DNA of 32,000 nt from Geobacter sulfurreducens PCA (GCF_000007985.2 NC_002939.5:1470001-1502000); one strand, 5' to 3'; counted from the first letter of the stretch, positions 17,420 through 25,964 are shown. The notes: generated by a model from the letters alone, not told the origin. Made by a program: numbers and translations.

Positions 17420-19183
17420 ATGGATGTCTTAACTGACAATGAGTTTTACCAGCACTACCTTCAGAATTCACAGCACATGATGTGGTTTTTAGGGGCAGGA
17501 ACGTCTCGTTCTGCTGGTTTGCCTACTGCTAGCGATATCATTTGGGATCTTAAACATCGATATTACTGCTTACATGAAAATCAGGATTATCAAAAACATG
17601 ACATCAATAATCATGCAATAAAAAGCAAAATCCAAAGTTATATGGATAGCAAGGGATTTCCTTTACAGTGGAGTCCAGAAGAATACTCATTTTATTTTGA
17701 ATTGGTCTTCCGCGATGATTACGAGGCGCAACGAAAGTACCTTTTAGAAGCCCTTGCCAGCAGAAAGGTGTCTCTGAATATCGGTCACCGAGTTCTTGCT
17801 GCCCTACTTGAGATGAACCAGACCAAAGTTGTTTTCACAACCAACTTTGATGATGTCATAGAAACCGCCTTCTCAGATATTAGTGGCAAGCATTTGTCTG
17901 TTTATCACCTTGAAGGATCCTATGCCGCCTTATCTGCATTGAATACCGAAGCCTTTCCCATTTACGCCAAGATTCATGGCGACTTCCGTTATCAAAAAAT
18001 AAAAAATCTTACCCCAGATCTGCAGACCAATGATCGCGAAATACATAAATGCTTTCTTGCTGCAGCTATCAGGTTCGGTCTTGTTGTATCAGGCTATAGT
18101 GGTCGTGATGAAAACGTTATGACTATGCTTCGGGCTGCAATCGATCAGAACAATGCATTCCCGCATGGGCTCTACTGGACCGTACCCTCTATTTCTAAGT
18201 CGGAGCCAGCCGTTCAGGATTTGATCACTTACGCACAAGGCAAAGGTGTTCGCGCCTATCTGGTGGAAACCGGTACATTTGATGAAATGCTCTCAAAGAT
18301 TTGGCGACAGGTGAAAGACAAACCTGCTGCCATCGATGCCAAAGTACGAACAGCCCGAGTTTGTCCCGTTTCCATACCACTACCCGGCCCCGGCAAATCC
18401 TTTCCGGCCTTGCGTACCAACGCTCTACCAGTGGTCACTCAATCCATCCGATGCGGAGTTGTAACGTTGGCTAGTCCTATAACCTTCTCCGAGCTGAAGG
18501 AAAGGATAAGTCAGAAATCGCCAAAAGCACTCCTGACGTACACGGAAAAGGTATTGTTTTTGGGTGGAGAGCCAGAAATCAGAAAGATTTTTTCAAATGA
18601 CGAGATCAATTCCATCGGTCAATACTATATTGATGAGATAGCTCAAAGCGTTGCCGCCTCTACTTTCTTGAAATCCTTTGTTGAGGAGGCAATTCTCACT
18701 GCGTTATTGCGCGAGAAACCCATTCTGCACCGTGTCCGGCATAGAACACATTATGCAGTTATACCGAATGCCTCAGCAAAAGATGACAGATTTTTGGATT
18801 TAAGAAAGGCAGTGGGGTTCAAAGGAGATCTTGGGTACATTACCGGAAACGTTACAAATGCAAAAGAATTGAGTTGGGCTGAAGCCGTGTCGATTCGTCT
18901 TGAAGAACGAGGGGGCAAGCTCTGGATCATGCTAAAACCGGAAATTTGGATAAAGCCATTGGATAGGCGAGAAGAGGCCACGGATTTCATTCGAAGTCGA
19001 AGACGTTATCGATTCAATCAATGTTCATATCAGATCCTCGATGCCTGGATCAAAATACTGTTCGGTTCAATCGGAGGTGGCGGTACGGTAAATATATCTT
19101 GTTTCCCTGATGCAGAGTTTAAAGCCGAGTTCGAGATCGGAACACGCACTGCCTTTAGTCTGGGGGTGGGATATGGCCGATAA
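17420..19183 (+). CDS. SIR2-APAZ protein (NADase partner of short pAgo; SPARSA type)
   Basis: 587 aa from the ATG at 17420, with AGGGGA as RBS. SIR2 Rossmann motifs [19 protein letters not shown] (N142) and KIHGD (H186). The long C-terminal half is consistent with APAZ. It overlaps the downstream Argonaute gene by 11 nt. GC drops sharply relative to the upstream helicase. Confidence 0.85.
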   Translation: MDVLTDNEFYQHYLQNSQHMMWFLGAGTSRSAGLPTASDIIWDLKHRYYCLHENQDYQKHDINNHAIKSKIQSYMDSKGFPLQWSPEEYSFYFELVFRDDYEAQRKYLLEALASRKVSLNIGHRVLAALLEMNQTKVVFTTNFDDVIETAFSDISGKHLSVYHLEGSYAALSALNTEAFPIYAKIHGDFRYQKIKNLTPDLQTNDREIHKCFLAAAIRFGLVVSGYSGRDENVMTMLRAAIDQNNAFPHGLYWTVPSISKSEPAVQDLITYAQGKGVRAYLVETGTFDEMLSKIWRQVKDKPAAIDAKVRTARVCPVSIPLPGPGKSFPALRTNALPVVTQSIRCGVVTLASPITFSELKERISQKSPKALLTYTEKVLFLGGEPEIRKIFSNDEINSIGQYYIDEIAQSVAASTFLKSFVEEAILTALLREKPILHRVRHRTHYAVIPNASAKDDRFLDLRKAVGFKGDLGYITGNVTNAKELSWAEAVSIRLEERGGKLWIMLKPEIWIKPLDRREEATDFIRSRRRYRFNQCSYQILDAWIKILFGSIGGGGTVNISCFPDAEFKAEFEIGTRTAFSLGVGYGR

Positions 19184-20594
19184 TCTTTCGCAGCTTGCGG
19201 CACATTCAACCATTCCAGAGCCCTTGCTTCTCTTCAAAGACAACCGTACAGACACACATCCTCTTCGTGGGCTCTCACAGTATGGGCCTTATAGCGCCTG
19301 TTTTAACCTTCCAGGTCAAGTTAGGCTAGCATACCTTGCCCCCACAGAGCATATGCGCAAGCTGGATGCCATTGTACGCGAGTTGCAGAACCCAGCTACG
19401 CCGAAGGAAGCGACGAACTATTATGTGGAGTATGGAGGATTTGAGAAAGTCTTCAAGGTGCCACTAGTTATGCCGCAGGAACATCTGAGATGTTTAGCCC
19501 TGGATGAATGTCATGGTGTTGCGGCAAATGGCAACGGACTCGCTCTTGCAGATAAGATTGTTCAGTCGATGTCTGGTCTTTTTCGACAAAAACATGCGTT
19601 TGATGTTCTGTTAGTGTATTTGCCTGCCAGCTGGAAGAAGTGTTTTGAGTATGATGGATTTGACCTGCATGACCGAATAAAGGCGAAAGTTGCTCCGCTC
19701 AATTTGCCTATTCAAATCATCAACGACACTGCGCTAACGAGACAATGCCGCGCCAATGTCATGTGGGGTGTCAGCGTTGCCCTGTATGCTAAAGCAGGCG
19801 GAATACCGTGGAAGCTGGCGGACTGGGATAAAGACGAAGCTTATATCGGACTCAGTTATGCCATCAAGAAAAATGCTGAAGGACAAGAATATACAACGTG
19901 CTGCAGCCAGGTCTTTGATCCGGATGGAACCGGCTTTGAATTTGTAGCCTACGACACGCGCGAATTTATTACCGATCGTAAAGGCAACCCGTATCTCAGC
20001 TACCAGGAAATGCAATCCGTTCTTTCAAAAAGCCTTCACCTTTATCAGAGCAGCCATAACGGACGAATGCCACGAAAAATTTTCATTCACAAAACTACGC
20101 ACTTCACTGAAGATGAAATACAGGGGGCATTCGATTCTTTCAGCAGTTCGACAGAGATCGAACTCGTGCAGATTATTCAGAGCACAAACTGGTATGGATT
20201 GAAAGTTGACGGTAAAAAGGGAGATAAACCTGTAGCTCCAGCATCATACCCAGTAGATAGAGGTTTGTATCAACCGCTGACAGAATCAGAATGCTTGCTC
20301 TGGACTCAAGGTAGCGTTATGGGGGTGAATCAACAAAATCCGGGTCAACCGGTGTTCAAGGAAGCGGCTCTTACTCCTCTACCGAACCCGATCATGTTGC
20401 GTCGTTTTTCAGGCAATGGAGGCTGGCATGCTACCTGTTCAAGCATTCTTGCGCTGACGAAGGTTGACTGGAACAATAATACGCTCTACAAAAAGTTACC
20501 AGTCACTCTCGTTTATTCACAAGTTTTCGCAGATGTTGTGAAGCAGACACCGGAAATTGTTAACGAAATATATGATTATCGGTTTTTTATGTAA
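19173..20594 (+). CDS. short prokaryotic Argonaute (MID-PIWI only, predicted catalytically inactive)
   Basis: 473 aa. PIWI-like [17 protein letters not shown] sits where active Agos carry G-x-D. The size is too small for N/PAZ domains. The ATG at 19173 lies inside the 3' end of the SIR2-APAZ gene. Confidence 0.85.
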   Translation: MADNLSQLAAHSTIPEPLLLFKDNRTDTHPLRGLSQYGPYSACFNLPGQVRLAYLAPTEHMRKLDAIVRELQNPATPKEATNYYVEYGGFEKVFKVPLVMPQEHLRCLALDECHGVAANGNGLALADKIVQSMSGLFRQKHAFDVLLVYLPASWKKCFEYDGFDLHDRIKAKVAPLNLPIQIINDTALTRQCRANVMWGVSVALYAKAGGIPWKLADWDKDEAYIGLSYAIKKNAEGQEYTTCCSQVFDPDGTGFEFVAYDTREFITDRKGNPYLSYQEMQSVLSKSLHLYQSSHNGRMPRKIFIHKTTHFTEDEIQGAFDSFSSSTEIELVQIIQSTNWYGLKVDGKKGDKPVAPASYPVDRGLYQPLTESECLLWTQGSVMGVNQQNPGQPVFKEAALTPLPNPIMLRRFSGNGGWHATCSSILALTKVDWNNNTLYKKLPVTLVYSQVFADVVKQTPEIVNEIYDYRFFM

Positions 20595-20650
20595 TGTTTG
20601 ATCTTAACTTAAGACCAGCACATCGAGTAATACTCTAATAGGCAAAATAT

Positions 20651-21832
20651 ATGGATTTAATCGAAATAGCTGATGTAAGAGAATGGCTAAGCCAATTTAG
20701 TGAAGCAGACATCCCAATTGCTATATCGATGTTAAGATCATTGAATCTAGTTTCTCATAATGCGTTTAGTGCCGGGATTGAAAATAGCATTAAAACTATC
20801 GTTAAAAAACATGGGAAAGCCGCGGTTTTTCCAGTTAAACGTGCGTTGGTTAAGAAAGTGCCTGGAAAAGACTATCGGCATCTTTATCAGAGTGCAGATG
20901 CGATTGGTTACTTACTCACAAACCTTGAAAGAAGTATGCCTAGGAGCATTTCTGTAGAGCCAACGCACGCCAGCATGAAGGCCGAGAAGGTAAAACATAT
21001 AGTTTTTATTGATGATTTAATAGGTACTGGGAAGCGAGTTAATAGCTTTTGGCAAGAATGGGCTAACAAAAGTTATAAGAGTTGGTTGTCTTTCAGGTAT
21101 TGCGAGTTATACATCTTGAGTTATGCAGCATCTAGAAGCGGGATTGAGTATTTATTAAATGAAATACCATATCTTAAACCTGAGAATATACTTACATCAA
21201 TATCACTGCCTAGAGTCAGTCCACTTGCCAATGATGAAATGAAAAGAATTTGTAACTACTATGGGGAAAAAACCGCAAAGTCAGTAGTGAAGTTCGGTTA
21301 TGGTAACCAGATGTTAAATGTAATTTTTCAGCATGCTTGTCCTAATAATGCACCCTCCATCTTATGGTCTCCCGGAAAACAGTGGAAGGCTTTATTTCCG
21401 AACAGATCCATTCCAGCATCCTTTCATAAGGTGTTTGGTGGAACCTTTCCATTTAAAATAGCTGATTCGTTATGGGATATTCATCAGCCTCGGCTAGCAC
21501 TGGAGATTCTCGATCGTCTAGAATCAGGAAGAATACAACGGGAAACTGTTGAACTGTTAACAGTCCTGGGTTTTCTGGCGAGAGGTGTTGGCCTTATAAG
21601 AATATATGAATGTACCCTCTTGGAGAAATCTAGGGTCGACGAAGCCATTTTGATATTGAAGCAGGTGGGACTTGTAACAAAGAATTTTGAGATTACCAGT
21701 TTTGGTAAAGAAGTTCTTAATCGATTTAAGGCAACAGATAAACGGAAATATGAGCTTGTCTGCGACCAATTATTGTACTACCCTCATCAATTTAAGGGGC
21801 TCCAGAGAAAATCTAGTGAAGGCCCAACCTGA
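20651..21832 (+). CDS. phosphoribosyltransferase-like (PRTase) protein with C-terminal winged-helix-like domain; candidate retron effector
   Basis: 393 aa. KHIVFIDDLIGTGKRV (D121 D122 ... T126 G127) matches the PRPP-binding loop pattern (hydrophobic4-DD-xx-TG). The C-terminal LEILDRLESGRIQRETVELLTVLGFLARG...ILILKQVGLVTKNFEITSFGKEVL looks wHTH-like. GC is very low. Confidence 0.6.
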   Translation: MDLIEIADVREWLSQFSEADIPIAISMLRSLNLVSHNAFSAGIENSIKTIVKKHGKAAVFPVKRALVKKVPGKDYRHLYQSADAIGYLLTNLERSMPRSISVEPTHASMKAEKVKHIVFIDDLIGTGKRVNSFWQEWANKSYKSWLSFRYCELYILSYAASRSGIEYLLNEIPYLKPENILTSISLPRVSPLANDEMKRICNYYGEKTAKSVVKFGYGNQMLNVIFQHACPNNAPSILWSPGKQWKALFPNRSIPASFHKVFGGTFPFKIADSLWDIHQPRLALEILDRLESGRIQRETVELLTVLGFLARGVGLIRIYECTLLEKSRVDEAILILKQVGLVTKNFEITSFGKEVLNRFKATDKRKYELVCDQLLYYPHQFKGLQRKSSEGPT

Positions 21833-21990
21833 GTGTTGGGTACGAGTAGGCAGCGGATTCCGCGAGCCATTGGAATAGCACATGAATGAACAAGGATATT
21901 AATGGCAAACGCTTACGTTCGTATGCCTTACTACGTTCGCCATTAATGTCCTCGCTTCGCGAGGTTGAAGTAGATGAGTATCTGGAGCCC
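21797..21990 (+). ncRNA. candidate retron msr-msd non-coding RNA
   Basis: A perfect 10-bp inverted repeat, GGGCTCCAGA (21797-21806) and TCTGGAGCCC (21981-21990), brackets the PRTase-RT intergenic region. Inside are a 6-bp hairpin (21823-21840) and a long stem (21893-21911 pairing 21934-21952, one mismatch and one G:T wobble). An alternative 6-bp hairpin is at 21950-21964. The exact ends and the branching G are not determinable by eye. Confidence 0.55.
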
Positions 21991-23116
21991 GCTTTTATTT
22001 AATGCTGAAGGAAAGAAACAAGGGTATGATTGCCGTTATCTCCACAAGTTAACTGACCAAGGGAATAAACTCTCAGACAGTGGTTTGCCTGTAATTTTCA
22101 CGCTCGCTCACCTGTGTGCGATGGCAGGTGTTTCCTTTTCTCTCATTCACTCCTGTGTGTCCAGGAAATACGACCCATATAGAAGCTTTACAATTAAAAA
22201 GAGGTCGGGAGGGTATCGCCAAATTGTGGTGCCTGAACCTGAGTTAATGCATCTCCAGAGATGGATTAATGAGTTTATATTGAAGCGGGCAAAGGTGCAT
22301 TCTTGTGCTGCTGCATATATTTCAGGCTCCGATATAAAAATGAATGCTTCAAAGCATCTCGGTGCAAACTGGCTAATAAAGTTAGATATACAGAGATTTT
22401 TCGAGTCTATATCAGAACTGCAAGTTTATTATATCTTCCATAGACTTGGGTATCCAAAATTATTGTCGTTTGAAATGGCCAGAATCTGTACCAGAGTAGA
22501 CACCCAAAGCAATAGACATTTTAGACCAAGATGGAATAACAGAATCCATCACTTCGAAATCCTTGAGTACTGTGATTCTAGGGTTGGTTATTTACCACAA
22601 GGTGCTCCTACTAGTCCGAGTTTGTCCAATTTAACCTGCCGAAAACTTGATAAAGAAATTTACGACCTTAGTTGCCGTTCTGATTGCCGATATACTAGAT
22701 ATGCAGATGACTTCGCCTTTTCTTTTATAGATCTTGATAGGGAAAAAGCCTCAAATTTTGTAAATCAAGTCAGTCGAATCATATCATCTTACGGTTTTAG
22801 AAAGAATGCTCGAAAAACAAAGATCATACCCCCTGGATCAAAAAAAATTATTACCGGGCTTGTTTTGGGTAATGGGAAAGTGCATCTTCAGAAAGAATTA
22901 AAGGATTACATAAGACAAAATATATACTTTGCAACTAAATATGGTGTAGATGAACACTGTAAAAAACGTGGATTCGTCTCAATAGATGGATTTTATAATC
23001 ATCTGGAAGGAATTGTTAATTTTGCACTATTTATTGAACCAGATTTTGGAGAAAAAGCCTTTGAGGAGTTTCGTGCAATTAAGTGGCCATCTTTAATAGT
23101 GGGGCTTCATGCTTAG
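21974..23116 (+). CDS. retron-type reverse transcriptase
   Basis: 380 aa. RT motifs: FTIKKRSGGYRQIVVP (motifs 1/2), KLDIQRFFESI (motif A), LPQGAPTSPSLSNL (motif B), YTRYADDFAFS (YADD, motif C). Retron-associated signatures: NASKH (NAxxH, residues 124-128) and IITGLVL (VTG-like, residues 292-295). GAGG RBS lies 9 nt upstream. Confidence 0.85.
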   Translation: MSIWSPLLFNAEGKKQGYDCRYLHKLTDQGNKLSDSGLPVIFTLAHLCAMAGVSFSLIHSCVSRKYDPYRSFTIKKRSGGYRQIVVPEPELMHLQRWINEFILKRAKVHSCAAAYISGSDIKMNASKHLGANWLIKLDIQRFFESISELQVYYIFHRLGYPKLLSFEMARICTRVDTQSNRHFRPRWNNRIHHFEILEYCDSRVGYLPQGAPTSPSLSNLTCRKLDKEIYDLSCRSDCRYTRYADDFAFSFIDLDREKASNFVNQVSRIISSYGFRKNARKTKIIPPGSKKIITGLVLGNGKVHLQKELKDYIRQNIYFATKYGVDEHCKKRGFVSIDGFYNHLEGIVNFALFIEPDFGEKAFEEFRAIKWPSLIVGLHA

Positions 23117-23167
23117 AACAAGTGGTCGTGTCGCAACCATTTACAAGTTCATAATATTTTGAGAACC

Positions 23168-24148
23168 ATGACCTTTCTCCCCACCTCCCTCAAATTCTTC
23201 TCCTCCCTCTCCCGCGCCTCCGGCGCAGTCTGGACCGAGGCCACCAAGCGCAAGGCGCCGCACAAGCCGCTGCTGCTCCTGGCGGTGCTGGATCTGGTTC
23301 ATCGCGGTGTCATCACTACGCCGTTCATCGCCGTCAGTGGCGATCTGGTGGAGCTGAACGAGCTGTTCAACCTCTACTGGCGGCGGATCATCCCTCTCGG
23401 TCAGACCAGCAGCATCGCCTTCCCCTTCTCCCGACTCGCCCGCGAACCGTTCTGGGAGCTGGTCCCCCAGCCGGGGAAAAACATCACCGATGCGGTAATC
23501 AACAACACCTCCTCCGTCAGCTACCTGCGCAAGTACGCCCTGGGGGCGAAGCTGGACGACGGGCTGTTCCGGGTCATGGCGAGCGGGGAGGGGCGGGAGG
23601 CACTGCGGGAAGCGCTGCTCCTTTCCTGCTTCTCGCCCGAGGCGTCGGCGCAGCTGCGGGAGCAGTCGATCATCAACCGAGAGGCGTTCGACTACAGCCG
23701 ACTGCTGGAGGAACAGGCCCACCTGCCGCTGGTGAAGGAGATCGTCGAGGCGGACAACTACCGGCCCACGGTGCGGGACCAGGCCTTCCGCAAGGTGGTG
23801 ACCTCGGCCTACGACCACCGCTGCGCCCTGTGCGGCATCCGCATCGTCACCCCCGACGGCCACACGGTGGTGGAGGCAGCCCACATCGTGCCGTGGAGCA
23901 GAAGCCAAAACGACGACATCCGCAACGGCATGGCCCTCTGCAGAACCTGTCACTGGGGCTTCGACGAGGGGATGCTCGGCGTCTCTGACAACTACACCGT
24001 CATCACCTCCCGCTCCATCGGCATCGACCCCAACTTCCCCGGCCTGCTCCAGACCCTCTCCGGCCGTGGCATCATCCCGCCGGCCGACCCGGATAAATTC
24101 CCGGCCCGCGAGTATTTGGCCGAGCATCGCCGGGCGTGGCGGCTGTAA
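23168..24148 (+). CDS. HNH endonuclease with uncharacterised N-terminal DNA-reading-like domain (type IV restriction-like)
   Basis: The C-terminal HNH/Zn motif is DHRCALCG...EAAHIVPW...IRNGMALCRTCHWGFDEG. The N-terminal 200 aa begin KAPHKPLLLLAVLDLV...IAFPFSRLAREPFWEL. GC returns to about core level. I prefer the ATG at 23168 over the TTG at 23159. Confidence 0.7.
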   Translation: MTFLPTSLKFFSSLSRASGAVWTEATKRKAPHKPLLLLAVLDLVHRGVITTPFIAVSGDLVELNELFNLYWRRIIPLGQTSSIAFPFSRLAREPFWELVPQPGKNITDAVINNTSSVSYLRKYALGAKLDDGLFRVMASGEGREALREALLLSCFSPEASAQLREQSIINREAFDYSRLLEEQAHLPLVKEIVEADNYRPTVRDQAFRKVVTSAYDHRCALCGIRIVTPDGHTVVEAAHIVPWSRSQNDDIRNGMALCRTCHWGFDEGMLGVSDNYTVITSRSIGIDPNFPGLLQTLSGRGIIPPADPDKFPAREYLAEHRRAWRL

Positions 24149-24202
24149 CGTACGTCATGAAGGTCGAAAACATATTCAGATACGAATCAGAAGTGAGGAG
24201 AT

Positions 24203-25249
24203 ATGGCACGACAACGAACTAGCCCAATGGAAGAAATGATTTTGGTTGCCACCAAGCTCCCCTGGTGGGCGTGCCTGCTGCTGGCACTTGTGTCGTACGC
24301 CGTGCTTCACGTGATGGCAATGCGGCCTGTAATGCCTGCTACGGTTGTCCCCGGCCAGATGGGTGACGCCGTGGCACGGGGGCTCATTACGACTCTGGCC
24401 ATGTTTGGACAGTACGTGATGCCATTTGCGTTTGCTCTGGCTGCCCTGCTGTCGGCCGTTAATGAATATCGGAATAAAAAGAGCGGTACTTTCGTCCCTA
24501 ATCATCTTGATGTAGCGCCACCTTCCAGGAAAAGAGTGTCAACAGAAGCTAGCGTTCCAATGCCCACATCCGGTAATTCCGGAAAGATGAACCGGGATTT
24601 CGATCATATGCTTCCTGGTGGTGAGGAAGAACTAGCAATTGAGAATCCGCAACCTGTCCCATTGCCGCAGCAGTGGGGCATGTCTGTCATTCAAATGATG
24701 GAGTGGAAGCGTTTTGAAATTGTCACCCGGGAATTTCTGAAGATGACAGGATATGATGCCCATGAAACGAAGGTGGGCGCTGATGGCGGAGTGGATATTA
24801 GGGTCACAAAGCCCAGTAACGATACTTTCCAGGGTATTGTGCAGTGCAAAGCTTGGAATTCGTATCGGGTTGGGGTAAAGCCAGTGCGCGAGCTTTATGG
24901 TGTCATGGCCGCCGAAAAGGCGACGGCTGGTATGGTTATCACATCCGGTACCTTTACTGCGGAAGCGGAAGAATTTGCTAAAGGGAAGGTCAAACTAATT
25001 TCTGGCGTGAATTTTCTTGAGCTTATTCGAAAATTGCCACCGGAGAAACAACAAAGGCTTCTGGATATTGCATTGGAAGGGGATTATCAAACGCCAACGT
25101 GCCCACAGTGTGACCTGAAAATGACACTGCGCGAAAATAAGTCGGGGAAAAATCCAGGGTCAAAATTCTGGGGATGTGTCCGGTATCCCCACTGTCGGCA
25201 AACGCTCGTATATACCGGGAACGGAAGCCGGGTCAGGCTTCCAAGTTGA
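24203..25249 (+). CDS. membrane-anchored Mrr-like restriction endonuclease with C-terminal topoisomerase-type zinc ribbon
   Basis: Two N-terminal hydrophobic helices (LPWWACLLLALVSYAVLHVMA; MFGQYVMPFAFALAALLSAV). Mrr_cat-like core WKRFEIVTREFL...GADGGVDIRV...GIVQCKAW. C-terminal CPQCD...FWGCVRYPHCRQT. GAGGAG RBS. Confidence 0.75.
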   Translation: MARQRTSPMEEMILVATKLPWWACLLLALVSYAVLHVMAMRPVMPATVVPGQMGDAVARGLITTLAMFGQYVMPFAFALAALLSAVNEYRNKKSGTFVPNHLDVAPPSRKRVSTEASVPMPTSGNSGKMNRDFDHMLPGGEEELAIENPQPVPLPQQWGMSVIQMMEWKRFEIVTREFLKMTGYDAHETKVGADGGVDIRVTKPSNDTFQGIVQCKAWNSYRVGVKPVRELYGVMAAEKATAGMVITSGTFTAEAEEFAKGKVKLISGVNFLELIRKLPPEKQQRLLDIALEGDYQTPTCPQCDLKMTLRENKSGKNPGSKFWGCVRYPHCRQTLVYTGNGSRVRLPS

Positions 25250-25528
25250 TAAGATTATTGCTCCCAGAACTCGGCAACCTCCTTCAGGATGCTCTCCGAA
25301 ACCAGCTCCGTTGCATCGGAGTCGAACCAGGCGCGGCTGGCAGGCGCGGCTGGGGTCGGACCAAACTAATAGCTCGAAATTATAAAGTTATTCCGATAAT
25401 CAAGGCGCATTATCGGCCTTAGAAGCACATTTTTGCCGTGAAAAGTGAGGCTTTTAGAAATGGCACGGGCAAATCGGTATCACAAGGGGAGGGATGAAAT
25501 AGTCATGCAAAAATAGCTTATAGTTGCC

Positions 25529-25557
25529 TAGTATGTCCAAAAATAATGGACATACTA
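25529..25557. promoter_or_regulatory. palindrome TAGTATGTCC-N9-GGACATACTA (candidate AbiEi operator, copy 1)
   Basis: Perfect 10-bp arms lie about 47 nt upstream of the truncated abiEi start. An identical element is at 25890-25918. Confidence 0.5.
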
Positions 25558-25603
25558 TGTTGTAAATTGTTATATTGTTGCCATCACACCGGAGATGGTG
25601 ATC

Positions 25604-25747
25604 ATGACGAACGCCCTGTTGCTCAAAAGCATCCCCTATGAGGAGTTTGACTACCAGACCCTGCTGGATGCCGTTCATGGGTATGCCCGGCCACGGATGA
25701 AGGAGGCGCGGCTGGGGTCGGACCAAGCTAATAAGTCGAAATTATAA
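25604..25747 (+). pseudogene. truncated duplicate of abiEi 5' end (33 native codons then junction-derived tail)
   Basis: MTNALLLKSIPYEEFDYQTLLDAVHGYARPRMK is identical to the AbiEi N-terminus except A/V at one position. It then reads EARLGSDQANKSKL-stop across the duplication junction. Confidence 0.7.
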
Positions 25748-25889
25748 AGTTATTCCGATAATCAAGGCGCATTATCGGCCTTAGAAGCACATTTTTGCCG
25801 TGAAAAGTGAGGCTGTTAGAAATGGCACGGGCAAATCGGTATCACAAGGGAGGGATGAAATGGTCATGCAAAAATAGCTTATAGTTGCA

Positions 25890-25918
25890 TAGTATGTCCA
25901 AAAATAATGGACATACTA
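25890..25918. promoter_or_regulatory. palindrome TAGTATGTCC-N9-GGACATACTA (candidate AbiEi operator, copy 2)
   Basis: Perfect 10-bp arms lie about 47 nt upstream of the abiEi ATG at 25965. AbiEi-family antitoxins are known autorepressors that bind inverted repeats. Confidence 0.5.
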
Positions 25919-25964
25919 TGTTGTAAATTGTTATATTGTTGCCATCACACCGGAGATGGTGATC

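Noticed and set aside
19173-20594. Whether the Argonaute could be an active slicer.
   Set aside because: The protein is too short for N and PAZ domains. The position equivalent to the first catalytic Asp reads Ser (YIGLSYAI). I could not assemble a DEDX tetrad by eye, so I treat it as an inactive sensor subunit.
25255-25365. A minus-strand frame reading ...FGPTPAAPASRAWFDSDATELVSESILKEVAEFWEQ-stop, which looks protein-like and could be the C-terminal remnant of a disrupted gene.
   Set aside because: Only about 36 codons are open, there is no start codon and no recognisable family. I cannot support it as a feature. A tblastn or blastx search would be needed.
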